A stretch of 64,000 nt of DNA, from positions 372,001 through 436,000 of the forward strand of contig BROI01000016.1 in assembly GCA_027923505.1 (NCBI GenBank), in the 5' to 3' direction. The position numbers and the translations under genes were made by a program. The stretch comes from Mayamaea pseudoterrestris. Lineage: Eukaryota. The notes under the pieces were generated by a model. The model saw nothing but the letters and a program-made list of their open reading frames with translations, searched no databases and was not told the DNA's origin. Positions 22,170 to 34,100 of this stretch are shown piece after piece (position 1 is the first letter of the stretch; every line of letters starts with the position of its first letter).

Positions 22170-23636
22170 CTAGTCTGGCTTGCAGCTATGGCGTACTTCA
22201 ACAGCTCGCTTTGCAACAGCCATACCACTCAGCAAGGCTCCATGTGTCGTGCTAGCATATTTCAAGTGGCAAGCTTCGCCAGCAAAGTAGAGACGGCCAC
22301 CGAGAGACGCGCCAAGGTTTTTGCGATCCTTTGGTTCGCTTCCGACCTTGTAAAACGAGTATGATCCGAGTGAATAGTCGTCTTGGCCCCAGCGTGTTAT
22401 TGTAAACGCAAATGGCTCAGGAATGGCAACACCAAACATGCTTTGGAGCGACTGGAGAGCTTCTGATAGTATTTCATCATCCGATAGTTGCTCCACTCGA
22501 TGTGCCTCTCGACCAGCCGTAAATCCAATCAACACCTTTTCGCCAGTGACTGGCTGGTGATTGTAAAACTCGGACCATGTTCCCTGCGGTGTAACTATTC
22601 TTTCCAGCCACTCAACTTCCGCTGGCCAAGGAAGCGATACAGAACAATCCCATTTCATAATCAGCTTGTTGAGCAAGGCAACTCCGAGACGGTCAATGCT
22701 CAAAGTCTTCCATGCAGGAAGCAATGGCTGGAAATGAATCATCTTGGCCTGTAGTACGCCAAGAGGCACCGTGACAATGACTTGATGCGCTCGCAATGTA
22801 CTTGTTGCTCCATCTTTGTCAAATGTGACTGTGCAAACATCGTTGCTGATCCAGTCAATCTGTTTCACCACAGAGCCGAGTTGGATGTTGCTCCGTAACA
22901 TTGCTGCGAACGAGTCAATCATGCTCGTGTATCCATCAACCAAGACTGCACTTCCGCCTCGAAATGACTCATCCTCGTTCCACCACCATGTTGACATGTC
23001 TTCCAGCGACGCAGCATATTCTTGCGCAATTTTTGTATCCAGCAAATATTCCAACGCAAGTTGATCGTTGGCGTTTAACTTGTTTCTTTCTATGAACGCA
23101 TCCGTCGTTGCTCGCAGTGAAACATCCGTTTCTGTATGTTCTTGTTCGTGGCGCTGAAAGAAATACCAGCCGTCACGAAAGACTGTTTGCGTCATTTGCT
23201 CGCATTCCTCGTTGGAAATTCGCCGACGACGCGTTGCTTGGTATTCATCGGTCCACAAACCATTATCGTAAACGCCAGAAGACGCAAGCGGAGCCTTGTA
23301 GGATTCGGCAAGCTTGTAGATTGGATTGGCACTGCATGCTCCCTGGATCCACTGACTGCCAAGCTCCACGACGGATCCATCCAGATGGACGGAACGTGAG
23401 CGACCTCCAACGTAGTCTCGCGCCTCCAAAACAGTGTAACGTTTGCGACTGTCACGCAGAACCGTGGCCGCACCAAGACCAGACCATCCAGCTCCAATCA
23501 CAATGACATCCAGTATTGCATTCGCAGTCAGTGGATCAGCAGATTCGGTTGGCTGTGAATTTGGATCGAAAGGAGTGGCTGTATCGTTGTTGCTGACAGG
23601 TCTTGATAGCTCGTTTGCTTTCGAGTCCTTGTTCAT
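22170..23636 (-). CDS. Flavin-containing amine oxidase (polyamine oxidase-like)
   Basis: VIVIGAGWSGL dinucleotide-binding motif, LEARDYVGGR, ELGSQWI, VIVTVPLGVL, TRWGQDDYSLGSYS, LYFAGEA, THGALLSG. Confidence 0.92.
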   Translation of the reverse strand: MNKDSKANELSRPVSNNDTATPFDPNSQPTESADPLTANAILDVIVIGAGWSGLGAATVLRDSRKRYTVLEARDYVGGRSRSVHLDGSVVELGSQWIQGACSANPIYKLAESYKAPLASSGVYDNGLWTDEYQATRRRRISNEECEQMTQTVFRDGWYFFQRHEQEHTETDVSLRATTDAFIERNKLNANDQLALEYLLDTKIAQEYAASLEDMSTWWWNEDESFRGGSAVLVDGYTSMIDSFAAMLRSNIQLGSVVKQIDWISNDVCTVTFDKDGATSTLRAHQVIVTVPLGVLQAKMIHFQPLLPAWKTLSIDRLGVALLNKLIMKWDCSVSLPWPAEVEWLERIVTPQGTWSEFYNHQPVTGEKVLIGFTAGREAHRVEQLSDDEILSEALQSLQSMFGVAIPEPFAFTITRWGQDDYSLGSYSFYKVGSEPKDRKNLGASLGGRLYFAGEACHLKYASTTHGALLSGMAVAKRAVEVRHSCKPD

Positions 23637-24443
23637 TTCTCTTTAGCAAAATTGTCACATTTGCGGGACCATTCTAGAGCAAGATGAGCGCGAGTGTACA
23701 AAAGTGCTTGGTCTTGTGTGCGGTGTCGAGCGGAGACTCGTCGATTATGGCCCTCGAGAGTAAAGCGTTCGTCCAAAGCTCTCGCAAGCATTCAACCGAG
23801 CACCTAACTCATTTCGTGTTGCTGCCATGGAGACGAACAAAGACTCCAAGCATGAATTGGAAATAAAGTGCAAGAAGCATGCCTGTGCCTATCAGTTTTG
23901 CCTTCAAAAGTTCAATTACGAGGAGAAATGCCGACATTACTTTGACGAGTACCAAAAATGCACGAATCCTGAAGCCGCTGTACGAAAGCCAAGTTAGCAT
24001 TTGGTCATGATGTACTTTGAATCGCGTCACATGGTTGCGTGGACGGTGGTCAAGAAGGTTAATGGCTGGATGGCTGGAGGCTTGTTGACTACCGGTAGTC
24101 GTCGGTGAATGCGTGGCCCAGCGAATCGCAAATGCTTAGACACTTGCATTCCCTTCCATAGTGACTGTACATGTCATTCCACGCGACACTATGAATGCTG
24201 CTTGTTGCGACATGTGTGGGAGATTGGTTTGGGAATCGCAGTCTTGCCTTGCGACGCCTACTGCGAACGACCTAAAGCCCAAAGCCAGCCGCAGTAAAAT
24301 GTACCAAGCCAATATTGCCTGCACGTATCAGTATAAGGTCTCTCTATATTTTTATTTCTAGTTTCTCTTCTATGTAATTTGTCTGGTATGAACGTGACAG
24401 CTCCGAGCTGACAATCAGCGAGCTTTGTCCAGTTGTTCAATGC

Positions 24444-25205
24444 TTACGAATTGTGCCTTGACTCAAGTGCAACATCATCAGCAGGCGCTGTCAATGAGGA
24501 AATGGCAGATCCACTATTCTGAATCGCTCGTTTGATCGAGTCTCCAATCTGTTCCAACTTTTGTAGTTCCGAGTGACTGCTACCAACCAGCGTTTGCTGC
24601 TGCTGGTCAAACTCTTGAATGATTTCGCGAACTCTCCCAAACTTGTTGGCGCCGCAAGAAAAGCTCGCCAGCTGTTCGCCGTTGCGATATAACTGAATGG
24701 TAGGTAGCTTGACAATGCCAAGTTCCTGGCACAGCTCCGTGTGTTTGCTGTATTCCAACTGCGCCAGTCGGAGGGAACCTTGGCGAATCACGTCGTTGGA
24801 TTCAATGTCGACATGGTCTGCCACTTGTGTCGCCATTTTCTTATATTGCTGCAATATCTTGAGGCAAGTCTTGCACCAACTGGCGTGAAACAATATAACC
24901 GACAAGCGGTCGTCGTTTGGTGATGAAACAAAGTCGTCATAGTCTGCTCGACCGTCAAGGTCTCGAATGCGACAAGAGGCATGGCGAGGGACAGACACCA
25001 TTGGCGGTTTTGGAATCGCAGCAGACGCAGTCGACGGCGAATACCATTCCGATTCGTCGTCTCCTAGCATGGCGAATTGCGGAGCCAATCTTCTACCGTT
25101 AATTTGCCTCGCTTGTAATGGCAATGACTTTACGGAAAACGCCAGAGCATTCTGTAATGTAAGTGCCGTTAAAAGGAGAGCTATTAGCGAGGAATTGGAT
25201 TTCAT
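24444..25205 (-). CDS. Plastid-targeted thioredoxin-like protein (WCKTC)
   Basis: Signal peptide ending ALA|F (diatom ASAF-type), FHASWCKTC, ELGIVKLPTIQLYRNG. Confidence 0.85.
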   Translation of the reverse strand: MKSNSSLIALLLTALTLQNALAFSVKSLPLQARQINGRRLAPQFAMLGDDESEWYSPSTASAAIPKPPMVSVPRHASCRIRDLDGRADYDDFVSSPNDDRLSVILFHASWCKTCLKILQQYKKMATQVADHVDIESNDVIRQGSLRLAQLEYSKHTELCQELGIVKLPTIQLYRNGEQLASFSCGANKFGRVREIIQEFDQQQQTLVGSSHSELQKLEQIGDSIKRAIQNSGSAISSLTAPADDVALESRHNS

Positions 25206-26072
25206 ATTGTCTGTGTAGCTTTGGTGGATGATGGTCCGATAAGTTTATAAAGTAAATGGATGTCTGAATAATTGAAAGGCCTGAGTAGTCTTGTCGACTT
25301 CCGGAGCTAAAGATGCGTTGGACCAAAAGTCCATGGCGGTTGGCGCGTTGGCACGAACGGATCACGACTAGGGTCATGCCACGAACGCCATCGAACCTTC
25401 CAAAGGTTGAATTTTAGGGCCTCCCATTGGGTCTTTTACTCCTACCCATAGTTAGCTCTACGTGAAACAATATGATAGCAACACCGATGGAGATGATACT
25501 CTAATACGAGTACAAGTACAGTCAATCATGCTAGAGCAAGTTGAAGGTTTGTAAGCAAACTTCCGGTAGTTGTACTATTAAATAAAATTGACATGACAAT
25601 GGGATAGGTCCGGTACTGCAGGACTGTCTGTTTGTCTCGGAGCTGGACGTGTCTGCTACGCGTATCATTCACAGTCAGTAAGATATCATTGGCGAGGGAA
25701 GGAGATGGAGAAGGATGTGAACTCCAATTGCGTTAACGCCGCCAGCGCGCTGATGATGGGCCGAATGGAGCCCAAAACTGGCGTCCATGCAAACATGCAA
25801 GGCGAATCTTACGAGTAGCTGGCGCCCAAAAAGACCACTTTTGACATTTTACATTGTCACTCCGTGAACTTAATCTTCAACCTGCTGGCGAATCTTTACC
25901 AATGTTCAAGTTTTCGACGTAAAGATACCCCGTAGTTCGTCATCCGACGAACTTGCAATGACCTTCACCACGATTCCGCAATCGCGGAACACCTCACTGG
26001 TCACATCTGGCGGGCAGATTCCTGTTTTTCCACAATCTCGACAAAATCGCCTTCCGAAAATACTCTGCCACC

Positions 26073-26573
26073 ATGAACAATCGAACTGATAGTCTGTCCA
26101 ACGATTCTCTTGGAGCTCAATCTGTCCATGTTGCTAATGAGATTACCATTACGCGACGACAGCACGATGTAGCACCCAAAAAGCCTCGAAGAATCTACGA
26201 CTCACCTCCGACGATTGCACTGCGACGAGGCTTTTCCTACGATGCCATTCCTAACATGCCTATGCGATCGCTGCTAGAAGAAGTCCGACGTACACAGGCA
26301 AGTAGTTATACGAAAGAAGTGGCGTTTATACCAACATCATCCCATACCAAGCTCGGAATCGAAACAATGATACCATCCAAAACAATCGTGAAGACAAGAT
26401 CAAAACTTGTGACTGCGAATCGAATGTATGCAGAGGAGGCGGGGGCATCAAGCAAGACCAATATTTTACCTGGATCTATTCCATCTGCTGTAACTCCATC
26501 CTTGGCAAGTTGCATTCGAAAAGCATTCATCGCGCGCGCCGAGGCGGCGAGGGGTGCAAGTACCGGTAGCTGA
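26073..26573 (+). CDS. Hypothetical protein (166 aa)
   Basis: ATG in ccaccATG context; no domain recognised. Confidence 0.4.
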   Translation: MNNRTDSLSNDSLGAQSVHVANEITITRRQHDVAPKKPRRIYDSPPTIALRRGFSYDAIPNMPMRSLLEEVRRTQASSYTKEVAFIPTSSHTKLGIETMIPSKTIVKTRSKLVTANRMYAEEAGASSKTNILPGSIPSAVTPSLASCIRKAFIARAEAARGASTGS

Positions 26574-27086
26574 CGAGTCACGCATCGAAACCATCATGCC
26601 AATGTCGCTTCAGTGGCTTGCCCAACAATGAATCTAAATGGTACATCAATGCTATTCCTAGTAACACTACAACATTATGAAACAGATCTCCACGAAGAAA
26701 AACGCCTCTCGACTCCCCAATCAAGGTCAAATCATGACATGCGTCGGCATTATAATATAACTAAAGACTTTTTTGTTGCCGGATGTACTTAAAACGTTTG
26801 TCTCCAAAGTGAGCATAGTGGCACCAATACTTTTATGTTACGCAACTGTTGTGGCTTTGGTATCGGGTTTGGCTGTGGTCATCGACATCGCGACAGGAGT
26901 AAGCTGATGCGCCTGAAAATGTCATCATTTGTCAATTGCACGAGTACTAGCATCCGGAGACCGTGCCTTAAGCTTTGCATGCAGCAGCAGTTGCCTTAAG
27001 GGAATGCTATAGAGTCTCGTAAAATCGAGAAACGTATATAAAAAACGGCGTAAGTAGGAAGCGGCGGCTAGCGCTTTCGTCCTCAA

Positions 27087-28001
27087 TTAGTTTCCGTTAA
27101 CTTCTAAAATTGGAATCTGCTGGACACTTTTTCGCAGCATCTCTTCCTTTTGTGCTTGCGCCTGTTGCTGAGCCTGCGTTCCTCCAATCTTGAGTTGCTT
27201 GCGGAAGCCCTCTCGATCGTCGTCTAAATAGTCCTCACCAAGTCCAAGCTTTGGATTGGATAGAAACTCATTCTGCGCATCCTGGCTCTTGTAGACGCAG
27301 CTCAACTGCGGCGTCTCTCCCAAGTTTCCTACAAAGGCCCACGTGTTCATGTTGTTTTTGCAGGCCCGCACTTCAGCGTCGTCAATGAGTCCGCGCTCGC
27401 GCAAAACGGACACTACGTTCTCTTGCCGCAATACGCATGCCGGTTTCACGTCAGCTTGCGAAACGTAAACATTGAATGGATTGAACGATACAAAGACTCT
27501 TTGGTCGAAAGCCATGGCCGATGCTCCTAGTTTGGCGCAAAGGGTTGGATTGGGTGCGGCTTGATCAATCGCATCGCGTGACGCCAAATCCTTGGGATTC
27601 GTATTAACCTGCGAGTCAATCGTGACGCCGAGACCTACACCAAGGACAAATACTCCAGCCAGTAGTGACTTGGAGACTGAATCTGGTAGTCTCCAACCGG
27701 AGCGACGGCCGAATCCAGATGGAAGATCGAGTCCAGTTGACTCATCGAATTCTCCCAAATTGTCGACCTGAGATCGTCTTCTGCGGCTATTTGATAGAGG
27801 CCGCTCATATCCGTAATCCTCGTCGTCATAATCATCATTCTCGTCATAAAATTCTGGGTTGTTTCTGCGAGCCTGGTGTAATTTTGTAATTGGCGCTTGC
27901 CTTGCAGCAGTCGTCAGTTGGTGGCATGGCGTTTGATAGGCATTCGCGTCGTATGATATTAGCACGAAAAGGATTATTAGCATCTTTACATTCCAAAACA
28001 T
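27087..28001 (-). CDS. DUF3172-like (cyanobacterial-type) protein, probably plastid-targeted
   Basis: LAGVFVLGVGLG TM helix, NPKDLASRDAIDQAAPNPTLC, GASAM, RVFVSFNPFNVYVSQ, CVLR, CKNNMNTWAF. Leader MLIILFVLISYDANA|Y. Start is ATG 28001 or 27983, not the GTG at 28223. Confidence 0.78.
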   Translation of the reverse strand: MFWNVKMLIILFVLISYDANAYQTPCHQLTTAARQAPITKLHQARRNNPEFYDENDDYDDEDYGYERPLSNSRRRRSQVDNLGEFDESTGLDLPSGFGRRSGWRLPDSVSKSLLAGVFVLGVGLGVTIDSQVNTNPKDLASRDAIDQAAPNPTLCAKLGASAMAFDQRVFVSFNPFNVYVSQADVKPACVLRQENVVSVLRERGLIDDAEVRACKNNMNTWAFVGNLGETPQLSCVYKSQDAQNEFLSNPKLGLGEDYLDDDREGFRKQLKIGGTQAQQQAQAQKEEMLRKSVQQIPILEVNGN

Positions 28002-28280
28002 CGCTAGTTGCCAGTTCTTGATGGTACGGGACCAAAGCAGGGCATCAGCAGCATGCAAGCAAGCTGATGTCGGTCGAGCTGTGACGTCGAGTGGCTGCCA
28101 TGCTTGTAGTCGAAAGATGTGTCGGACCGGTATTGACATGGAATCCACACGCGAAACGCGCGCGCTCGATTTTTTCTTCGAATCATTCAAATCACCAACA
28201 TCAGCGGCCCCTGCGGCAACCATTGCCTTATACAGTCGAATCGCTTGAATTACTCTCAGTAATTACTTGTTTATATTATT

Positions 28281-30701
28281 ATGCGCTTTGATTTGGATGG
28301 CCTCGATGTCTTCTTTCCGTACGATCGCATCTACTTGGAGCAGCACCAGTACATGCGGAGCCTCAAGCAATCTCTCGATGCCGGTGGTCACGCACTTTTG
28401 GAAATGCCAACGGGAACTGGAAAGACGGTTTGTCTACTGAGTCTCATCACCAGCTACCAGTATGCTCATCCGTCGACTGGCAAACTAATTTATGCAACTC
28501 GAACCGTGCCGGAAATGAATCATGTCATGCAGGAACTTGCGACTGTCTTGGAGTATCGTGACTCTGAGCTACGAAAGCACGAGCTACCAGGAGACGCGTC
28601 AACATCCAACACGAATCAGCAGCAGCAGCAACTTCCATTACTTGGTCCGCTGCCCCATCGTCCCGACAAGACCTTGGCACTGTGCCTGAGTAGTCGACGC
28701 AACTTGTGCATTCACGAGCGAGTCCTGCAGGAATCCGATCGGGAGGCTGTGGATGCCGCCTGCCGCAGTCTGACGGCCACGTGGGTCGTGGAGGCTGCAT
28801 CCTCCAACAACAACATTGAAACCTGTCCGTACTTTGATACGCTCCAAGCTGCCGGAGAGTCTACGACCTTGCCGAGTGGAGTGTACGATTTGGAGGCGCT
28901 GCAAGACTGGGGTCGGCGCAAGAATTGGTGTCCCTACTACTTGACGCGACGAGCCATCAATCATGCCAACATTTTGGTGTTCAACTATCAGTACATGCTT
29001 GATCCAAAGGTGGCTCGCATGGTGTCGAGTGAATTGGAAGCCGAGTCGATTGTTGTCTTTGATGAGGCTCATAATATTGATAGTGTTTGCATTGAAGCAC
29101 TGAGTGTAACGCTGAACGATCGAGGGTTGGAGCAGGCCACTCGAAGCTTGGGTCGACTATCGAGCGAAGTGGCGCGCCAAAAGGCTACCGACTCGAGGCG
29201 ACTGCAGGAGGAATACCAAAATTTGGTGAATGGACTAGTGGATCAAGGGTTGCTACAGGCGGCGCCGGCGAATGATCAAGGATTGGCAAGCAATGTTTTG
29301 GATCCTGATGTGGTTAATGAATCTGTTCCCGGTAATATTAGACGCGCTGAACATTTTGTCGGCTTTATGAAGAAGGTAGTGGAACATTTAAAGCAGCGAC
29401 TGCGGAGTGTGGCAGGCCCAAATGGAGGCGTTCGGAGTGAAACGCCATTGGCCTTTTTACATCGCATGACGAACGGAACGGCCCTCGAAGCCAAGCCGCT
29501 GCGATTTGCGTACAGTCGGTTGCAGAGTTTGTTGCGAACCTTGCAAGTGTCAAACTTGGATGACTACAATGCACTGTCGGATGTAGCAGACTTTGCGAGT
29601 CTATTGTCCACTTATAGCGAAGGACAGGCAAAGTTTGCAATCATCATGGAGCCGAACAGTAGCAGCATGCCAGGCATGTCGGACCCAGTTATTCAAATGA
29701 CCTGTTTGGACGCGTCGCTGGCCATTGCTCCATTGTTTAAGCGCTTTGCAAGCGTCATCATCACGAGCGGTACATTGTCGCCGATTGATTTGTACCCCAA
29801 GTTGCTTCAGTTTGAGCCATGCGTATCCGAATCACTGTCCATGTCCACGTTTCGCCCATGTATTCGGCCTCTCATGATATCCCGTGGATCGGATCAAATG
29901 GCAGTGTCGACGCGGTTTGAAGATCGCGGAGACATGGGGGTGGTGCGCAATTATGGTGCCATGCTGGTGGAGCTTTGCAGCGTCATTCCAGATGGAGTCG
30001 TTGCATTCTTCACGTCATACAGCTACATGGAGTCGCTTATATCTGAATGGGATGCCATTGGCATTTTGCGAGAGCTGACAAAGTATAAGCTTGTCTTTAT
30101 CGAGACAAAGGATGTGGTTGAGACGACGCTGGCCTTGGATAACTATCGCCGCGCTTGTGACTGTGGGCGCGGAGCTGTTTTTCTCTCGGTGGCGCGTGGA
30201 AAAGTTTCTGAAGGAATTAACTTTGACCGCCATTACGGAAGAGCTGTCATAATGTTTGGGATACCTTATCAATATACGCTTTCACATACGTTACGTGCCC
30301 GCTTGGAGTATCTTCAAACTAACTTGCAAATTCGCGAGCAGGATTTTCTAAACTTTGATGCGATCCGCCAGGTTTCGCAGTGTGTTGGTCGAGTCATCCG
30401 CTCCAAGACTGATTATGGACTAATGATCTTTGCCGACATTCGATTTAATAGACACGACAAGCGTTCCAAGCTCCCAAAATGGATTCTGCAATTCATGAAC
30501 GACGGATGCTTGAATCTCTCGACGGATACAGCGGTTGCTCACGTCAAGTCCTTTCTTCGATTGATGGGACAGCCAATTGATCAGGATGCGCTGCAAAGCG
30601 TTTTGCTAACTATGGATGAGGTAAACAAAATGAACCCGGCTCCACCCACTATTGTCGCTGGCAGTGGTGGAGCGATGATCATCTCAGAGGATGGAAGTTA
30701 G
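28281..30701 (+). CDS. ERCC2: TFIIH helicase subunit XPD/RAD3
   Basis: FFPYDRIY, LEMPTGTGKT, Fe-S cysteines (RNLCIH, AACR, TCPY, WCPYY), FDEAHNID, TSGTLSP, VARGKVSEGINFD, QCVGRVIRSK. Single exon. Confidence 0.97.
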   Translation: MRFDLDGLDVFFPYDRIYLEQHQYMRSLKQSLDAGGHALLEMPTGTGKTVCLLSLITSYQYAHPSTGKLIYATRTVPEMNHVMQELATVLEYRDSELRKHELPGDASTSNTNQQQQQLPLLGPLPHRPDKTLALCLSSRRNLCIHERVLQESDREAVDAACRSLTATWVVEAASSNNNIETCPYFDTLQAAGESTTLPSGVYDLEALQDWGRRKNWCPYYLTRRAINHANILVFNYQYMLDPKVARMVSSELEAESIVVFDEAHNIDSVCIEALSVTLNDRGLEQATRSLGRLSSEVARQKATDSRRLQEEYQNLVNGLVDQGLLQAAPANDQGLASNVLDPDVVNESVPGNIRRAEHFVGFMKKVVEHLKQRLRSVAGPNGGVRSETPLAFLHRMTNGTALEAKPLRFAYSRLQSLLRTLQVSNLDDYNALSDVADFASLLSTYSEGQAKFAIIMEPNSSSMPGMSDPVIQMTCLDASLAIAPLFKRFASVIITSGTLSPIDLYPKLLQFEPCVSESLSMSTFRPCIRPLMISRGSDQMAVSTRFEDRGDMGVVRNYGAMLVELCSVIPDGVVAFFTSYSYMESLISEWDAIGILRELTKYKLVFIETKDVVETTLALDNYRRACDCGRGAVFLSVARGKVSEGINFDRHYGRAVIMFGIPYQYTLSHTLRARLEYLQTNLQIREQDFLNFDAIRQVSQCVGRVIRSKTDYGLMIFADIRFNRHDKRSKLPKWILQFMNDGCLNLSTDTAVAHVKSFLRLMGQPIDQDALQSVLLTMDEVNKMNPAPPTIVAGSGGAMIISEDGS

Positions 30702-31192
30702 TAGTCCATCATCAGGGAGCCGCACCCTGGTATCAGTACTGTTGTAATTCAATTTTGTATGTTATATTTTGTTGCGACGAAAGCAGAAGAAATTTGGGCA
30801 TTTGCAGTGAGCCGAATAACCGCAAAGACGGAACAGGCAGCATGGGATAACAGGAAAGGTCTGCGATGGCTTTGGGTCATTCATACTGAGTGTCGCGAAC
30901 AGTTATCCTGGAGGTCATGCCATGCTGGCTTTATAAATGATCTGTGTGCCTCGCCGCGTACTACAGGGGGATGGATTAAAATGGTCTAAATAATGGTGGC
31001 TGGCGTCGCCACAGAATTTGACGAGGTGGAGCTGGCAGTCGCGCTCATGCTTGTAGGACAACTATTATTAGAGGCCTAATAGCCTACGAGAAAATATATT
31101 TTATACAAGAAAGAGATAGGATTTATAGCGCTAAAGTTTATTCATCATCAGATCAGCAAACTAGTGCGGCCGAACGATTAGTTGCCAGGTCA

Positions 31193-34100
31193 TCAATATT
31201 GACCAAGCAACTCGACCATCTTACGGTGGAATGCAATCTGCTCATCCACGGGGCGGTCGCTGACCTTCTTCTCAACCTGCTCGATAGCCCCAATGGAGTG
31301 TAGATTGCGTCGCGCTGAGCCACTAAATAATGAGAAGGGCCCTGGTGGGATGCAGTGGCTCTCCAACACTTCTCCGTCGGTCCCTATTACATTGCATTGC
31401 GCGTAGATCCAATCGCTACAAGCTGCATGAAACGGATTGTGGTTCGGTTAGTTTGTGTCAAAACGAGCGGTTGCATTTTCTTCGCCACTAGTATGTGGAC
31501 ATTGCGGTAAACTTACCAGCCTCACAAGCATTATTATCGACCTCACCACCATTAGCGCCAGTGGTCGGACCACTTCCAGCACCGCCAAGCGAATCTGTTG
31601 GTACACGCGTTGGGGACTTCCAGATCACCTTTGTAGGCGTTGGACGCTTTTTGGAGTGACGAATTGGACTCGGGCTAGGTTCGGCAGTCGGTGGCCATGA
31701 AGTAACCTCCATCTCTGACGTAGGAGGGGGCGTTGTATTGGGTGTACTGGTAGGCGCATGACTGGGCATCAAGGATGAGGAGTACGTTGGACTTCTGGAG
31801 GTTGTTACGAAAGGAGACTCGCTAGGGGCCCCAGTGTCAATGCGTGTAGGAATCCAGGTGTCGAGATGTGACGTGCTTGCGGTTGGCGGTGCGGATGCTA
31901 AATGAGTAGGGATGAATGTTGGTGCTGTGAACGCAGACGGGCTGTGGGTGGGATGGGATGTCTCCAAAGGTGTTGAAGGCGAATTTGACGGCTTGTCAGT
32001 TGGAGCAAATGTTGTTGACGCTTTGGTGGATCGGTGCGTGGGAGCGGGTGTAGGATTAAAACGTTCCATAGGAAGAGTTGGATGCACCGTTGGAATATCA
32101 GTTGGAGATGCAGTTGGCCAAGATGATGGCCGCTGGGAAGGGCTAGCTGCTGGGGCTTTGGTGGATCTATGTATGGGAGCAGGTGTGGGATTGAAGGTTT
32201 CCATTGGAAGTGTCGGATGCACCGTCGGAAGATCAGTTGGATTGCCAGTTGGAGGTGCAGTTGGCCAAGATGATGGGCGCTGCGAAGGGCTTGCTACCGG
32301 TGCTTTGGTGGATCTATGTGTGGGAGCAGGTGTGGGATTGAAGGTTTCCATTGGAAGTGTCGGATGCACCGTTGGATGCGCTGTTGGATTGCCAGTTGGA
32401 GTAGCAGTTGGCCAAGATGATGGGCGCTGGGAAGGGCTTGCTACTGGTGTTTTAGTGGATCTGTGCATGGGAGCAGGTGATGGATTCCAGGTTTCCATTG
32501 GAAGTGTTGGATGCGCTGTTGGAAGACCAGTTGGATAGTTTGTTGGATTGCCAGTTGGACTTGCAGTTGGCCAAGATGATGGGCGCTGGGAAGGGCTAGC
32601 TGCCGGTGCTTTGGTGGATCTATGTGTGGGAGCGGGTGATGGATTCAAAGTTTCCATTGGAAGTGTTGGATGCGCTGTTGGAAGACCAGTTGGATTGCCA
32701 GTTGGAGCTGCAGTTGGCCAAGATGATGGGCGCTGGGAAGGGCTTGCTGCTGGGGCTTTGGTTGATTTGTGCGTAGGAGCGGGCGATGGATTCCAGGTTT
32801 CCATTGGAAGTGTTGGATGCACAGTTGGAAGACCAGTTGGATTGCCAGTTGGAGTTGCAGTTGGCCAAGATGATGGGCGCTGAGAAGGGCTTGCTGCTGG
32901 GGCTTTGGTTGATTTGTGCGTAGGAGCGGGTGATGGATTCCAGGTTTCCATTGGAAGTGTTGGATGCACAGTTGGATTGCCAGTTGGCCAAGATGTTGGC
33001 CAAGATGATGGGAGCTGTGAAGGGCTTGCTGCTGGGGCTTTGGTGGATTTGTGTGTAGGAGCAGGTGATGGATTCCAGGTTTCCATTGAAAGTGTTGGAT
33101 GCACCGTTGGAAGACCAGTTGGATTGCCAGTTGGAGCTGCAGTTGGCCAAGATGATGGGCGCTGGGATGGGCTTGCTGCTGGTGCTTTGGTGGATTTGTG
33201 CGTAGGAGCGGGTGATGGATTCCAGGTTTCCATTGGAAGTGTTGGATGCGCTGTTGGAAGACCAGTTGGATAGCTTGTTGGATTGCCAGTTGGAGCTGCA
33301 GTTGGCCAAGATGATGGGCGCTGGGAAGGGCTTGCTGCTGGGGCTTTAGTGGATTTGTGCGTAGGCGCGGGTGATGGATTCCAGGTTTCCATTGGAAGTG
33401 TTGGATGCGCTGTTGGAAGACCAGTTGGATTGCCAGTTGGCCAAGATGTTGGCCAAGATGATGGGCGCTGTGAAGGGCTTGCTGCTGGGGCTTTGGTGGA
33501 TTTGTGTGTAGGAGCAGGTGATGGATTCCAGGTTTCCATTGAAAGTGTTGGATGCACCGTTGGAAGACCCGTTGGATTGCCAGTTGGAGATGCAGTAGGC
33601 CAAGCTGACGGGTGATGGGAAGGGCTTGCTGCTGGTGCTTTGGTGGATCTGTGCGTGGGAGCAGGTGTGGGATTGAAGGTTTCCATTCGAAGAGTTGGCT
33701 GCATCGTTGGAAGACCAAGTGGATTGCCAGTTGGAGATGCAGTTGGCCACGCTGATGGGCGCTGGGAAGGGCTTCCTGCTGGTGCTTTTGTGGATCTATG
33801 CATGGGAGCAGGTGTGGGAACAAAGGTTTCCATTGGTAGTGTTGGATGCGCAGTCGGAGAGCCTGTTGGAGGCAGCCTTGGAACATTCGTATCGATGCTT
33901 GTCGCTGGAGCCTCCGTCGCGGCGCAGCAGCCGCAACCACTGAACGTCATGTCAAATTCAATGTCGTCCCAACCAGCAGTTTCAGCATAGTCGTAGAACG
34001 CTGCACTCAATCCGTCGACAAACTTGACGACCAAATCGCTAGTTTCCGCAGAAACTTCCGTCTCGCACACGTTGTGAAAGACTTGAGAGAAGGGAGAGCG

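Noticed and set aside
22170..23636. Amine oxidase as partner of the KxxK protein in a polyamine/silica cluster
   Set aside because: About 7.5 kb apart with unrelated genes between; no evidence beyond theme.
32620..33990. Long alternative-frame and antisense ORFs (e.g. 431-aa Q/H-rich ORF 32645-33940)
   Set aside because: Shadows of the 3n coding tandem repeat; only the Pro/Thr frame connects to the signal peptide and flanking domains.
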